Origin: Macrostomum lignano
Lineage: Eukaryota
NCBI GenBank assembly: GCA_002269645.1
Contig: NIVC01000082.1
Span: 310,001 to 374,000, forward strand
Direction of reading: 5' to 3'
Length of the DNA stretch: 64,000 bases
The position numbers were made by a program, and so were the translations under genes. Each line of letters starts with the position of its first letter. Positions within the stretch are counted from its first letter, which is position 1. Shown one piece after another: positions 11,236 through 20,754 of this stretch. The notes under the pieces were generated by a model, which did no database searches, was not told where the DNA came from, and saw nothing but the letters and a program-made list of their open reading frames with translations.

Positions 11236-11829
11236 GTAATCTCCCAGTGTCCCGAGGATCTGTCTAAATTAGCTAATCACGAAGACTCTGACAGTGACAA
11301 CAATTTGTCAGCAATCGAGAACCTTCTATCGAAATCTTTTGCACGTTTAACATTTGCCGATGCTGTCAAAGCTCTGATGGAGAAGACGGGCGAATTCAAA
11401 GTGCCGCCGACTATGGGCATGCCGGATCTTCGACGAGAACACGAGTTGGCGCTAGTCCAACTGTGCGGCAATATTCCCGTTTTTGTCACCGATTTCCCAG
11501 TCAAATCCCGACCGTTCTACTGCGCAGAATCGAGTCCGGGACTGTCTGCTAGTTTCGACCTATTGTTGCCAGGCGTTGGTGAAGTACTCGGCGGTAGCGT
11601 TCGCGAGTCAGACTCGACTCGATTGAACCAGTCGATTAAGCGTCATCAACTATTGGAGTCTTCCGTAGAACGTCTGCATTGGTATCTGGAACTGCGCAGA
11701 TTCGGTAGCGCGCCTCACGGCGGCTACGGACTGGGCGTGGATCGATTTCTCAGATTTCTAGTAGGCGGTAGCACGTCGGTGAAAGAGCTGGTGCCGTTTC
11801 CTAGATCGTTTCATCACTGCCCGTCTTAG
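11236..11829 (+). CDS. NARS2: NARS2 exon 4 (last)
   Basis: Acceptor tgcag|11236. VISQCPEDL...PVFVTDFP...FDLLLPGVGEVLGGSVRE...WYLELRRFGSAPHGGYGLGVDRF (motif 3)...PFPR, stop at 11827-11829. Confidence 0.95.
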   Translation, partial: VISQCPEDLSKLANHEDSDSDNNLSAIENLLSKSFARLTFADAVKALMEKTGEFKVPPTMGMPDLRREHELALVQLCGNIPVFVTDFPVKSRPFYCAESSPGLSASFDLLLPGVGEVLGGSVRESDSTRLNQSIKRHQLLESSVERLHWYLELRRFGSAPHGGYGLGVDRFLRFLVGGSTSVKELVPFPRSFHHCPS

Positions 11830-11949
11830 ACTACAATGCTGTTCTTGTTTATATGCGAAAAAAGTGCTTTCTTACGCTTCTAAAAACATCATCTTGTGTC
11901 ACATGCGAAAGATTATTAGTGTTTTAAAAATAATTATCTAACATCATGA

Positions 11950-12215
11950 GGAAATCAATCGATGTTTCTAAATATAGCTTCTGGCTTCACGTCACGTGGA
12001 ACTAAAACGATGTTTCTAAATATAGCATCTGACTTCACGTGAAAATCGATCGATAATTCTAAATATAGCATCTGACGTCATGCAGAAATAAATCGATGTT
12101 TTTGAATATAGAATCTTACGTCACGTGGAAATCGATCGATGATTCTGATAGGGCATCTTTCTAAAAATAGCATCTGACGTCATACAAAAATCGATCGATT
12201 TTTCACAGAATAGCC
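11950..12215. promoter_or_regulatory. Degenerate ~45-55 bp repeat with MEF2-type, CRE and E-box motifs between NARS2 and HDAC8
   Basis: CTAAATATAG at 11968, 12016, 12059 and CTAAAAATAG at 12161; TGACGTCA at 12073 and 12175; three CACGTG; repeated ATCGAT. A regulatory role is inferred. Confidence 0.4.
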
Positions 12216-12644
12216 TATGCTGTCATGCGCTAAAATCCAAATGTTTTTATTACGTCCTTCGTTTGTCGTCGGAAATCTAAATATGTTACAAATATGTCGC
12301 TTAGAGGAATGTTTGAATTGTACTCGTACTTTGGTTTTTTTGCACTTGGTAAGACTAATGTTGCTGTGGTTAGTGTCCATCGAATGCAATTAAATTAAAG
12401 CTTAGACACTTTTATTGCATTTCAAAATATTCAAGTCTGTGCGCTCAAGTTGTTTTGAATTATGTCAATATAGTGTTTGTTAAACTAATTTATTTTCTAT
12501 AGTTGAAAATATGAACTATAATGACTTTGGTAGCCGTGGGGCAATATATTAAGCTATTTTCTGCCTGCACACGTGGTACATGGGATACTTCTGTACTTTC
12601 TGTACATGGAAACTATAGCGAACTTCTACCCCGCAAGCAGAACG

Positions 12645-12970
12645 CAAGCAGTCAGAAACGGAACCCAAACCTGTCAGACACGGAACCCAAACCAGTCAGA
12701 CGCGGAACCCAAATAGTCAGACACGGAACCCAACCAGTCAGACACGGAACCCAAACCAGTCAGACGCGGAACCCAAACCAGTCAGACGCGGAACCCAAAC
12801 CAGTCAGACACGGAACCCAAACCAGTCAGACGCGGAACCCAAATAGTCAGACACGGAACCCAAACCAGTCAGACACGGAACCCAAACCAGTCAGACACGG
12901 AACCCAAACCAGTTAGACGCGGAACCCAAATAGTCAGACACGGAACCTAACCAGTCAGACACGGAACCCA
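12645..12970. repeat. 22-bp repeat CAGTCAGACACGGAACCCAAAC abutting the HDAC8 acceptor
   Basis: Directly visible. Confidence 0.95.
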
Positions 12971-12977
12971 ATTCCAG

Positions 12978-13571
12978 GCGGCAGTCCCTGCATCGGCTGT
13001 ACGCGACAGGCGAGTCGCTCTGGCCTACAGTCGCCAACTTGTTGAGCTGAGCGCTCAGCTGCCAAAAGTGCGCGGCCGATCAGTTCTGGTGCATTCGCTG
13101 ATTCACGCCTACAAACTGTTGGACCGATTAACCGTGCTATCGGATTTGAAACCCCTGCCAGAGTCTGCACTGCTCGGCTTTCACTCCGAGGCCTATCTGT
13201 CGGCATTAAAACGAGTGAGCAGCGCCGATCTTGAAGCCGACGAGCTTGACTCGGATCTGTTAGAATTCGGCTTCGCCTACGATTGTCCGCCAGTTCGCGG
13301 CGCGTTCGACATCGCTTCGTTAGTTGCCGGGGCAACCGTGGCTGCGGCCGAGGCCCTGTCAGCTGGACAGTTCGACGTGGCCATCAACTGGACTGGCGGT
13401 TGGCATCACGCTAAACGGGACGAAGCTTCCGGTTTCTGCTACATCAACGATATCGTGTACGGCGTGTTGGAGTTGAAGAAGCGCTACGATCGGGTTATGT
13501 ACATTGATTTGGACTTGCACCACGGCGACGGGGTTGAGGAGGCGTTCTACTACTCGGCTGGGATTCTGACG
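12978..13571 (+). CDS. HDAC8: Histone deacetylase 8, first identifiable coding exon (start codon is on an unidentified upstream exon)
   Basis: Acceptor ttccag|12978; an in-frame TAA at 12948 upstream means splicing is required. RSVLVHSLIHAY, FGFAYDCP, INWTGGWHHAKRDEASGFCYIND and YIDLDLHHGDGVEEAF are HDAC8-type class I motifs. Donor acg|GTTGGT at 13572. Confidence 0.93.
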
Positions 13572-13587
13572 GTTGGTGCTGGCGCCA

Positions 13588-14045
13588 TGTCTGACATTCT
13601 AAGAATGTGTCTCAGGCGCCCTATCTGACATCCTAAGAATGTGTCTCAGGCGCTCTATCTGATATTCTACAAATGTATCTTAGGCGCCCTATCTGATATT
13701 CTAAGAATGCATCTTAGGCGCCCTATCTGACATTCTACAAATGTGTCTCAGGCGCCCTATCTGATATTCTGAAAATGTGTCTTTAGCGCCGTATCTGATA
13801 TTCTGATAATGTGTCTCAGGCGCCCTATCTGACATTCTGAAAATGTGTCTTTGGCGCCCTATCTGACATTCTGAAAATGTGTCTTTAGCGCCGTATCTGA
13901 TATTCTGAGAATGTGTCTTAGGCGCCCTATCTGACATTCTACAAATGTGTCTTTGGCGCCCTATCTGATATTCTGAAAATGTGTCTTTGGCGCCGTATCT
14001 GACATTCTACAAATCTGTCTCAGGCGCCCTATCTGACATCCTAAG
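13588..14045. repeat. 34-bp repeat GGCGCCCTATCTGACATTCTGAAAATGTGTCTCA (HDAC8 intron)
   Basis: Directly visible. Confidence 0.95.
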
Positions 14046-14125
14046 AATGCGACTTAGTGCTCTGTTTAGTGTTATCTACCAATCTGACATTAAGTGCCTA
14101 TTCAAACCCGTTGATTGATTGGCAG

Positions 14126-14359
14126 GTGTCATTCCACTATCGGGCTGACGGCTTCTTTCCTGGCAGCGGCGACTCCGACGACATCGGCGCAGGGCCCGGT
14201 CGCTTCGCCAGCGTCAATGTGCCGCTCAAAGAGGGCGTCAGCGATGCCCAGTTCGCTGCCAGCTTTGCCGCCGTGATTGACGCCGCCTTTGAAGCCTTCG
14301 ATCCCGGCGCCGTGGTGTGTCAGTGCGGCGCCGATGCCCTGGCAACAGACGAGTTCAAG
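14126..14359 (+). CDS. HDAC8: HDAC8 middle exon
   Basis: Acceptor ggcag|14126. VSFHYRADGFFPGSGD...SVNVPLKEG...QCGADALATDEFK includes the third Zn ligand (GAD). Donor aag|GTTGGC at 14360. Confidence 0.9.
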
Positions 14360-14369
14360 GTTGGCGTGC

Positions 14370-14845
14370 CGGGCCGTATCCTGGATTGCTGGGCCGTTGC
14401 TACCCTCCCGGATCCTGAGTTGCTGGGCCGTTGCTACCCTCCCGGATCCTGGGTTGCTGGGCCGTTGCTACCCTCCCGGATCCTGGGTTGCTGGGCCGTT
14501 GCTACCCTCACGGATCCTGGGTTGCTGGGCCGTTGCTACCCTCCCGGATCCTGGGTTGCTGGGCCGTTGCTACCCTCCCGGATCCTCGGTTGCTGGGCCA
14601 GCCTCCCAGAGTGTCAGTTGCTGGGCCAGCCTCCCAGATCCTCAGTTGCTGGGCCACCTGCCTCTCAAATTCTCAGTTGCTGGGCCAGCCTCCCAGATCC
14701 TCAGTTGCTGGGCCAGCCTCCCAGATCCTCAGTTGCTGGGCCACCTGCCTCCCAGATCCTCAGTTGCTGGGCCAGCCTCCCAGATCCTCAGTTGCTGGGC
14801 CACCTGCCTCTCAGATTCTCAGTTGCTGGGCCAGCCTCCCAGACC
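14370..14845. repeat. 34-bp then 28/31-bp GC-rich repeats (GTTGCTGGGCC core) in the HDAC8 last intron
   Basis: Directly visible; the unit changes mid-array. Confidence 0.95.
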
Positions 14846-14908
14846 CCTGGCTCCACAGCCGCCCCAGCCCGCAGCTATATCCCTGCCCCGCATTGCCGCT
14901 CGCCGCAG

Positions 14909-15235
14909 ATCTTTAACCTCACCCTGACGGGCTACCTGGACTGCGTGAAGCTGCTGCTGCAGAGCCGCCGGCCGCTGCTGCTCCTGGGCGGTGGCGGCTA
15001 TCATTTCCCGTCAACTGCCAAGCTGTGGACCGCCATCACCGCCCTGGCTGTTGGCGTTGACTTAGACAAAGACATCCCCGAGCACTCCTTCTTCTCCCAG
15101 TACGGCCCGGACTTCTGCTTAGACGTGACGCCGTCGTTGAAACGAAATTTGAACGATTCGACAGAGCTGCGACTGTTGGTGGAATCGGCGGTGGAGAATC
15201 TCAAACGGCTTGCCGAGGCCCTGCAGTTGCGTTAG
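14909..15235 (+). CDS. HDAC8: HDAC8 last exon
   Basis: Acceptor ccgcag|14909. IFNLT...LLLLGGGGY (catalytic Tyr)...AKLWT...IPEHSFFSQYGPDFCLDVTPS, then TAG. Confidence 0.92.
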   Translation: MFNLTLTGYLDCVKLLLQSRRPLLLLGGGGYHFPSTAKLWTAITALAVGVDLDKDIPEHSFFSQYGPDFCLDVTPSLKRNLNDSTELRLLVESAVENLKRLAEALQLR

Positions 15236-15289
15236 GCTTTCCAAGTATACATCTGAGTACACACTACACATGCATGCAGCCTGCTGCCA

Positions 15290-15975
15290 TCCCGCTCCCT
15301 CTCTCCCTCTTCCTATTTCTCCCTCTCCCTCTCCCTCTCCCTCTCCCTCTCTCCCTCCTTCCCTCTTTCCCTCTCCCCCCTCTCTCTCCCTCTCTCCCTC
15401 TCTCTCTCCCTGTCTCCGCCTCTCCCTCTTTCCCTCCCTCCCTCTCTCCCTCTCTCCCTCTTTCCCTCTCCCTCTCCCTCTCTCCCTCCCTGCCTCCGCC
15501 TCTCCCTCTTTCCCTCCCTCCCTTCCTCCCTCCCTCTCCCTCTCTACCTTTTTCCCTCCCTCTCTTTCTCACTCTCTCTCTCTCCCTCTTTCCATCTCCC
15601 TCTCCCTCTCTCCCTCCCTGCCTCCGCCTCTCCCTCTTTCCCTCCCTCCCTTCCTCCCTCCCTCTCCCTCTCTACCTTTTTCCCTCCCTCTCTTTCTCAC
15701 TCTCTCTCTCTCCCTCTCTCCCTCTCTCCCTCTCCCTCTCTCCCTCTCTCCCTCTCTCTTCCTCTCTCCCCCTCTCTCTCTCCCTCTCTCCCCTCTCTCC
15801 TTCCCTTCTTCTTTTCCTCTCTCCTTCTCTCCCTCTCTCTGCAACTCACTTTCTCTCTCTCTCCCTCTCTCTTCATCTTCATCTTTCTCTTCCTCTCTCC
15901 CTCTCCCCCCTCCCCACTCTTCAGCTCCCCTTCCCTCTCTCTCCCTCTTCTTCTCCCCCCTTTTTCCCGCTCCCT
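15290..15975. repeat. CT-rich low-complexity tract (HDAC8 3' region)
   Basis: Directly visible, with an internal duplicated block. Confidence 0.92.
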
Positions 15976-16087
15976 CACTCCGTCCCGATCTTCTCTTCTT
16001 GTTCCAATAGGGTAATAATTTAGTAGCTCGTGGTTTTTTTGCCAGCAGTTTCTTAACCTTCCCTGATCCTAGTATGAAAGATTAAAG

Positions 16088-16093
16088 AATAAA
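16088..16093 (+). terminator. Candidate polyadenylation signal of HDAC8
   Basis: AATAAA downstream of the stop (15235), after the CT-rich tract. Confidence 0.35.
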
Positions 16094-16984
16094 CACAAGA
16101 AATTCTTTACCTTGAGAGACTCCCATGCAGCCCAACTACTTTTACTAAGATCTGTCTGGGCTAAAACTACTAATAGTAGTGTAAAAGCAAAACTGCTGTC
16201 AAAAAGTTTTTTTTACAAAAAATTGGGTGTAGCATTCGCTCTACAGGCATAAATATCAGGCATAGTTTCGGGTTACTAATAGTAGTATGTAGCCTAAATC
16301 TAGACCATCTGAACAGAGTGCAAAGGATATCTACAACGATTATAGTTGATGAAGCTGGGTTCTAGTCATCTTAGATTTCTCCCAATAATTATCTTTTATT
16401 GCTTTGCCATTCTCATCTAATAACATCTTAAAGGTAATCCATACCTACACATGTTCGCATGAAAATGTTTCACAATATCTTATAATCCCAGTTTGTGTTG
16501 TCAGTCCTGCATTTCTATCTCAACTATAACGCATAGCTACAATACTCGGTAGTAAAATAAATAAACTGCAAATTATTTTAATACGAATTTGTCAATTGTG
16601 TAATCAAATTTGGTGTACATACTACTAAGTACTATCTAAGTAGTATAATAAAGTCGTGTTTTTATGCTTTTTTTATATATGGATTATAGTTAAATAAAGT
16701 TTTTAACCGATTGCAAGCTGAGCGTGACTGTCAACTTTACCAGCTGTCGCTTGAGTTTATAAATAAAATTTTACTCCAACAATTTGGTTTGTTTAAATGC
16801 TGTTAAAATTAATTTTCATTTTTTCGTTACAGTTATGTCTAGAATATTGTAGAGGTAAATGTGGTTATTAACTCAGTTGTAAGCTATTTGGCAGAGTATA
16901 AGTAGTGTTCAGTAAGAACAATCTTTGATTTTAATTGTAATACTAATTATTGAATCATCATTGAAAGCATAAACTTTATTGATT

Positions 16985-17480
16985 AATCGTCGTGATTATC
17001 ATCTAACTGGGTGATTGATTATCGTGATTATCATCTAACTGGGTGATTGATTATCGTGATTATCATCTAACTGGGTGATTGATTATCGTGATTATCATCT
17101 AACTGGGTGATTGATTATCGTGATTGTCATCTAACTGGGTGGTTGATTTTCGTGATTATCATCTAACTGGGTGATTGATTATCGTGATTATCATCTAACT
17201 GGGTGATTGATTATCGTGATTATCATCTAACTGGGTGATTGATTATCGTGATTATCATCTAACTGGGTGATTGATTATCGTGATTGTCATCTAACTGGGT
17301 GATTAATCATCGTGATTGTCATCTAACTGGGTGATTAATCATCGTGATTGTCATCTAACTGGGTGATTGATCATCGTAATTATCATTTAACTGAGTGATT
17401 AATCATCGTTATTATCATTTAAGTGGGTGATTGATTATCTTGACTATTATCTATCATGATTAATATTTTACTGAGTGATT
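16985..17480. repeat. 32-bp repeat GTGATTATCATCTAACTGGGTGATTGATTATC
   Basis: Period 32 (ATCTAACT at 17001 and 17033). Confidence 0.95.
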
Positions 17481-17519
17481 AATCATTATTTTTATTATCT
17501 GCCATGGTGATTACTCAGC

Positions 17520-18130
17520 GTCCAACGGGCATGACTGCGGATCGACTGTCGCGAAAGCATTGCTTTGTTTGTCATCAACAGCTGTTATGGAACATGAGAG
17601 ACCATGCTGGTTGTGAATTTAACCCAGTCCTATGACATGACATGTTACTGTCTGTAACATGCGCAACTGATGTGTATTGTAGAATCTCTACTTTTTTGCT
17701 CTTTGGCCTCCCAGTTTGGACGGTTGAGTAGGTCAGGTCTTCTTCTTGCAGGAGCAGCAGCAGCAACTGCTGTTTTCTGGCAACTTTTTTCTTTCTCCCT
17801 CAACCCCCCCCCCACTCCCAAGCGACTTGAGCAGCGCCTCTGGGGGCTATATAATATGGATCAATGACTTCTAAAGGATCCTTCACAGCTGCCAGGTTGC
17901 GCGGCAGGGCAGCCAATTCCAGCAGCTCTTGTGTCCTGTAGTATTGGATGAAGACCTGCTGCAGTGTTAGGAGGCTGCATTTAGAGGGCCACTTAAGTCG
18001 GGCCCGACCTTCTTTTTTTTTTTTTTCTCCAGCTTGCTGAAGTCTTCTTCATGGAGATTTGGAACTAGAATGTTGGACTTAAAAATTTTAACTAGCGTTA
18101 TGTATGATAATAACTTCTGTGTGACCTCTT
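17520..18130 (-). mobile_element. Possible heavily decayed 3' end of a non-LTR (RTE-like LINE) retrotransposon
   Basis: Minus-strand translation across frameshifts gives KKEGRARLKW..C, LLELAA..RNLAAVK..LE and SCHRTGLNSQ. These loosely resemble RTE C-terminal GRPRLRW, W..LA.DR..W..AV and CHSRIGL.SH. The resemblance is from memory and needs a Dfam/tBLASTn check. Confidence 0.3.
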
Positions 18131-18139
18131 CACAATATA

Positions 18140-20345
18140 TAGAATCTTCACAAACTACAGTCTTCACAAACTACAGTATTCGCAAACTACAGTCTTCACA
18201 AACTACAGTCTTCACAAACTACAGTCATCACAAACTACACTCATCACAAACTAGTCATCACAAACTACAGTCTTCACAAACTAGTCATCACAAACTACAG
18301 TCTTCACAAACTAGTCATCACAAACTACAGTAATCACAAACTAGTCATCACAAACTACAGTCATCACAAACTACAGTCTTCACAAACTACAGTCATCACA
18401 AACTGCAGTCTTCACAAACTATAGAATCTTCACAAACTACAGTCATCACAAACTACAGTCTTCACAAACTACAGTCATCACAAACTACAGTCTTCACAAA
18501 CTACAGTCATCAAACTACAGTCATCACAAACTACACTTATCACAAACCACAGTCATCACAAACTACACTTATCACAAACTAGTCATCACAAACTACAGTC
18601 TTCACAAACTAGTCATCACAAACTACAGTAATCACAAACTAGTCATCACAAACTACAGTCTTCACAAACTAGTCATCACAAACTACAGTCTTCACAAACT
18701 AGTCATCACAAACTACAGTCTTCACAAACTAGTCATCACAAACTACAGTAATCACAAACTACAGTAATCACAAACTACAGTCATCACAAACTACAGTCTT
18801 CACAAACTACACTCATCACAAACTACAGTCATCACAAACTAGTCATCACAAACTACAGTCTTCACAAACTACAGTCATCACAAACTACTCATCACAAACT
18901 ACAGTATTCGCAAACTACAGTAATCACAAACTACAGTCTTCACAAACTACAGTCTTCACAAACTACACTCATCACAAACTAGTCATCACAAACTACAGTC
19001 TTCACAAACTGCAGTCTTCACAAACTATAGAATCTTCACAAACTACAGTCATCACAAACTACAGTCTTCACAAACTACAGTCATCACAAACTACAGTCTT
19101 CACAAACTACAGTCTTCACAAACTACAGTCTTCACAAACTACAGTCTTCACAAACTACAGTCTTCACAAACTACAGTCTGCACAAACTACTCATCACAAA
19201 CTACAGTATTCGCAAACTACAGCCATCACAAACTACAGTCATCATAAACTACAGTCTTCACAAACTACAGTCTTCACAAACTATAGAATCTTCACAAACT
19301 ACAGTCTTCACAATCTACAGAATCTTCACAAACTACAGCCATCAAACTACAGTAATCACAAACTACAGTCTTCACAAACTTCAGTCATCACAAACTACAG
19401 TCTTCACAAACTACAGTCATCACAAACTACAGTCATCAAACTACAGTCATCACAAACTACAGTCTTCACAAACTACACTCATCACAAACTACAGTCATCA
19501 CAAACTAGTCATCACAAACTACAGTCATCACAAACTACAGTCTTCACAAACTACAGTCTTCACAAACTACAGTCTTCACAATCTACAGAATCTTCACAAA
19601 CTACAGCCATCAAACTACAGTAATCACAAACTACAGTCTTCACAAACTTCAGTCATCACAAACTACAGTCTTCACAAACTACAGTCATCACAAACTACAG
19701 TCATCAAACTACAGTCATCACAAACTACAGTCTTCACAAACTACACTCATCACAAACTACAGTCATCACAAACTAGTCATCACAAACTACAGTCATCACA
19801 AACTACAGCCATCACAAACTACAGTCTTCACAAACTACAGAATCTTCACAAACTGCAGTCTTCACAAAATATAGAATCTTCGCAAACTACAGTCTTCACA
19901 AGACTACTATAGAATCTTCGCAAACTGCAGTCTTCACAAACTGCAGTCTTCACAAACTATAGAATCTTCGCAAACTGCAGTCTTCACAAACTGCAGTCTT
20001 CACAAACTATAGAATCTTCGCAAACTGCAGTCTTCACAAACTGCAGTCTTCACAAACTATAGAATCTTCGCAAACTGCAGTCTTCACAAACTGCAGTCTT
20101 CAAAAACTATAGAATCTTCGCAAACTACAGTCTTCACAAACTGCAGTCTTCACAAACTATAGAATCTTCGCAAACTGCAGTCTTCACAAACTGCAGTCTT
20201 CACAAACTATAGAATCTTCGCAAACTGCAGTCTTCACAAACTGCAGTCTTCACAAACTATAGAATCTTCGCAAACTGCAGTCTTCGCAAACTGCAGTCTT
20301 CGCAAACTGCAGTCTTCGCAAACTATAGAATCTTCGCAAACTAGC
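18140..20345. repeat. 16-bp satellite CACAAACTACAGTC(A/T)T with a terminal 50-bp (16+16+18) higher-order block
   Basis: AAACTATAGAATC recurs every 50 bp from about 19954. Confidence 0.96.
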
Positions 20346-20754
20346 AACCCTACCAGACTCTACCTACATCCAGTTCTCCTTGATGTCCCTCTCCTGTGTA
20401 ACAATATTTTCTGTTCACCAAGGCCCAACCACTTGACAGTAAGGTTTTTTTCATTCTTCTTTTTTACTAAAGCTTGTAGGAGTCTGCAAACACAGATGCT
20501 TCGCAGACTGGGTTTTTTCTAAATTCATAATGGCTTTTTTGAAGCCCCAAAGTCTAGCTACCTGTACCGCGCAGTTGAGATGAAGAACTAAGGTATACAG
20601 CATCGCTGCGCTTCAGTTTTTTATCCCTGTTTTTCTATTTGTTAACAACTTTGAGTTGCTCTTTGCATTTGTTGATTGCTCATTGTGGGCCATCTGTCTG
20701 ATGCATCTTTCCTTTCAGTACATGTATGTATCTACTTTCTGTCTGTCTTTGCTC

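Noticed and set aside
12645-12970. Smad-binding CAGAC in the 22-bp repeat and in (TCTG)n tracts
   Set aside because: A 4-5-bp motif is too short to be informative.
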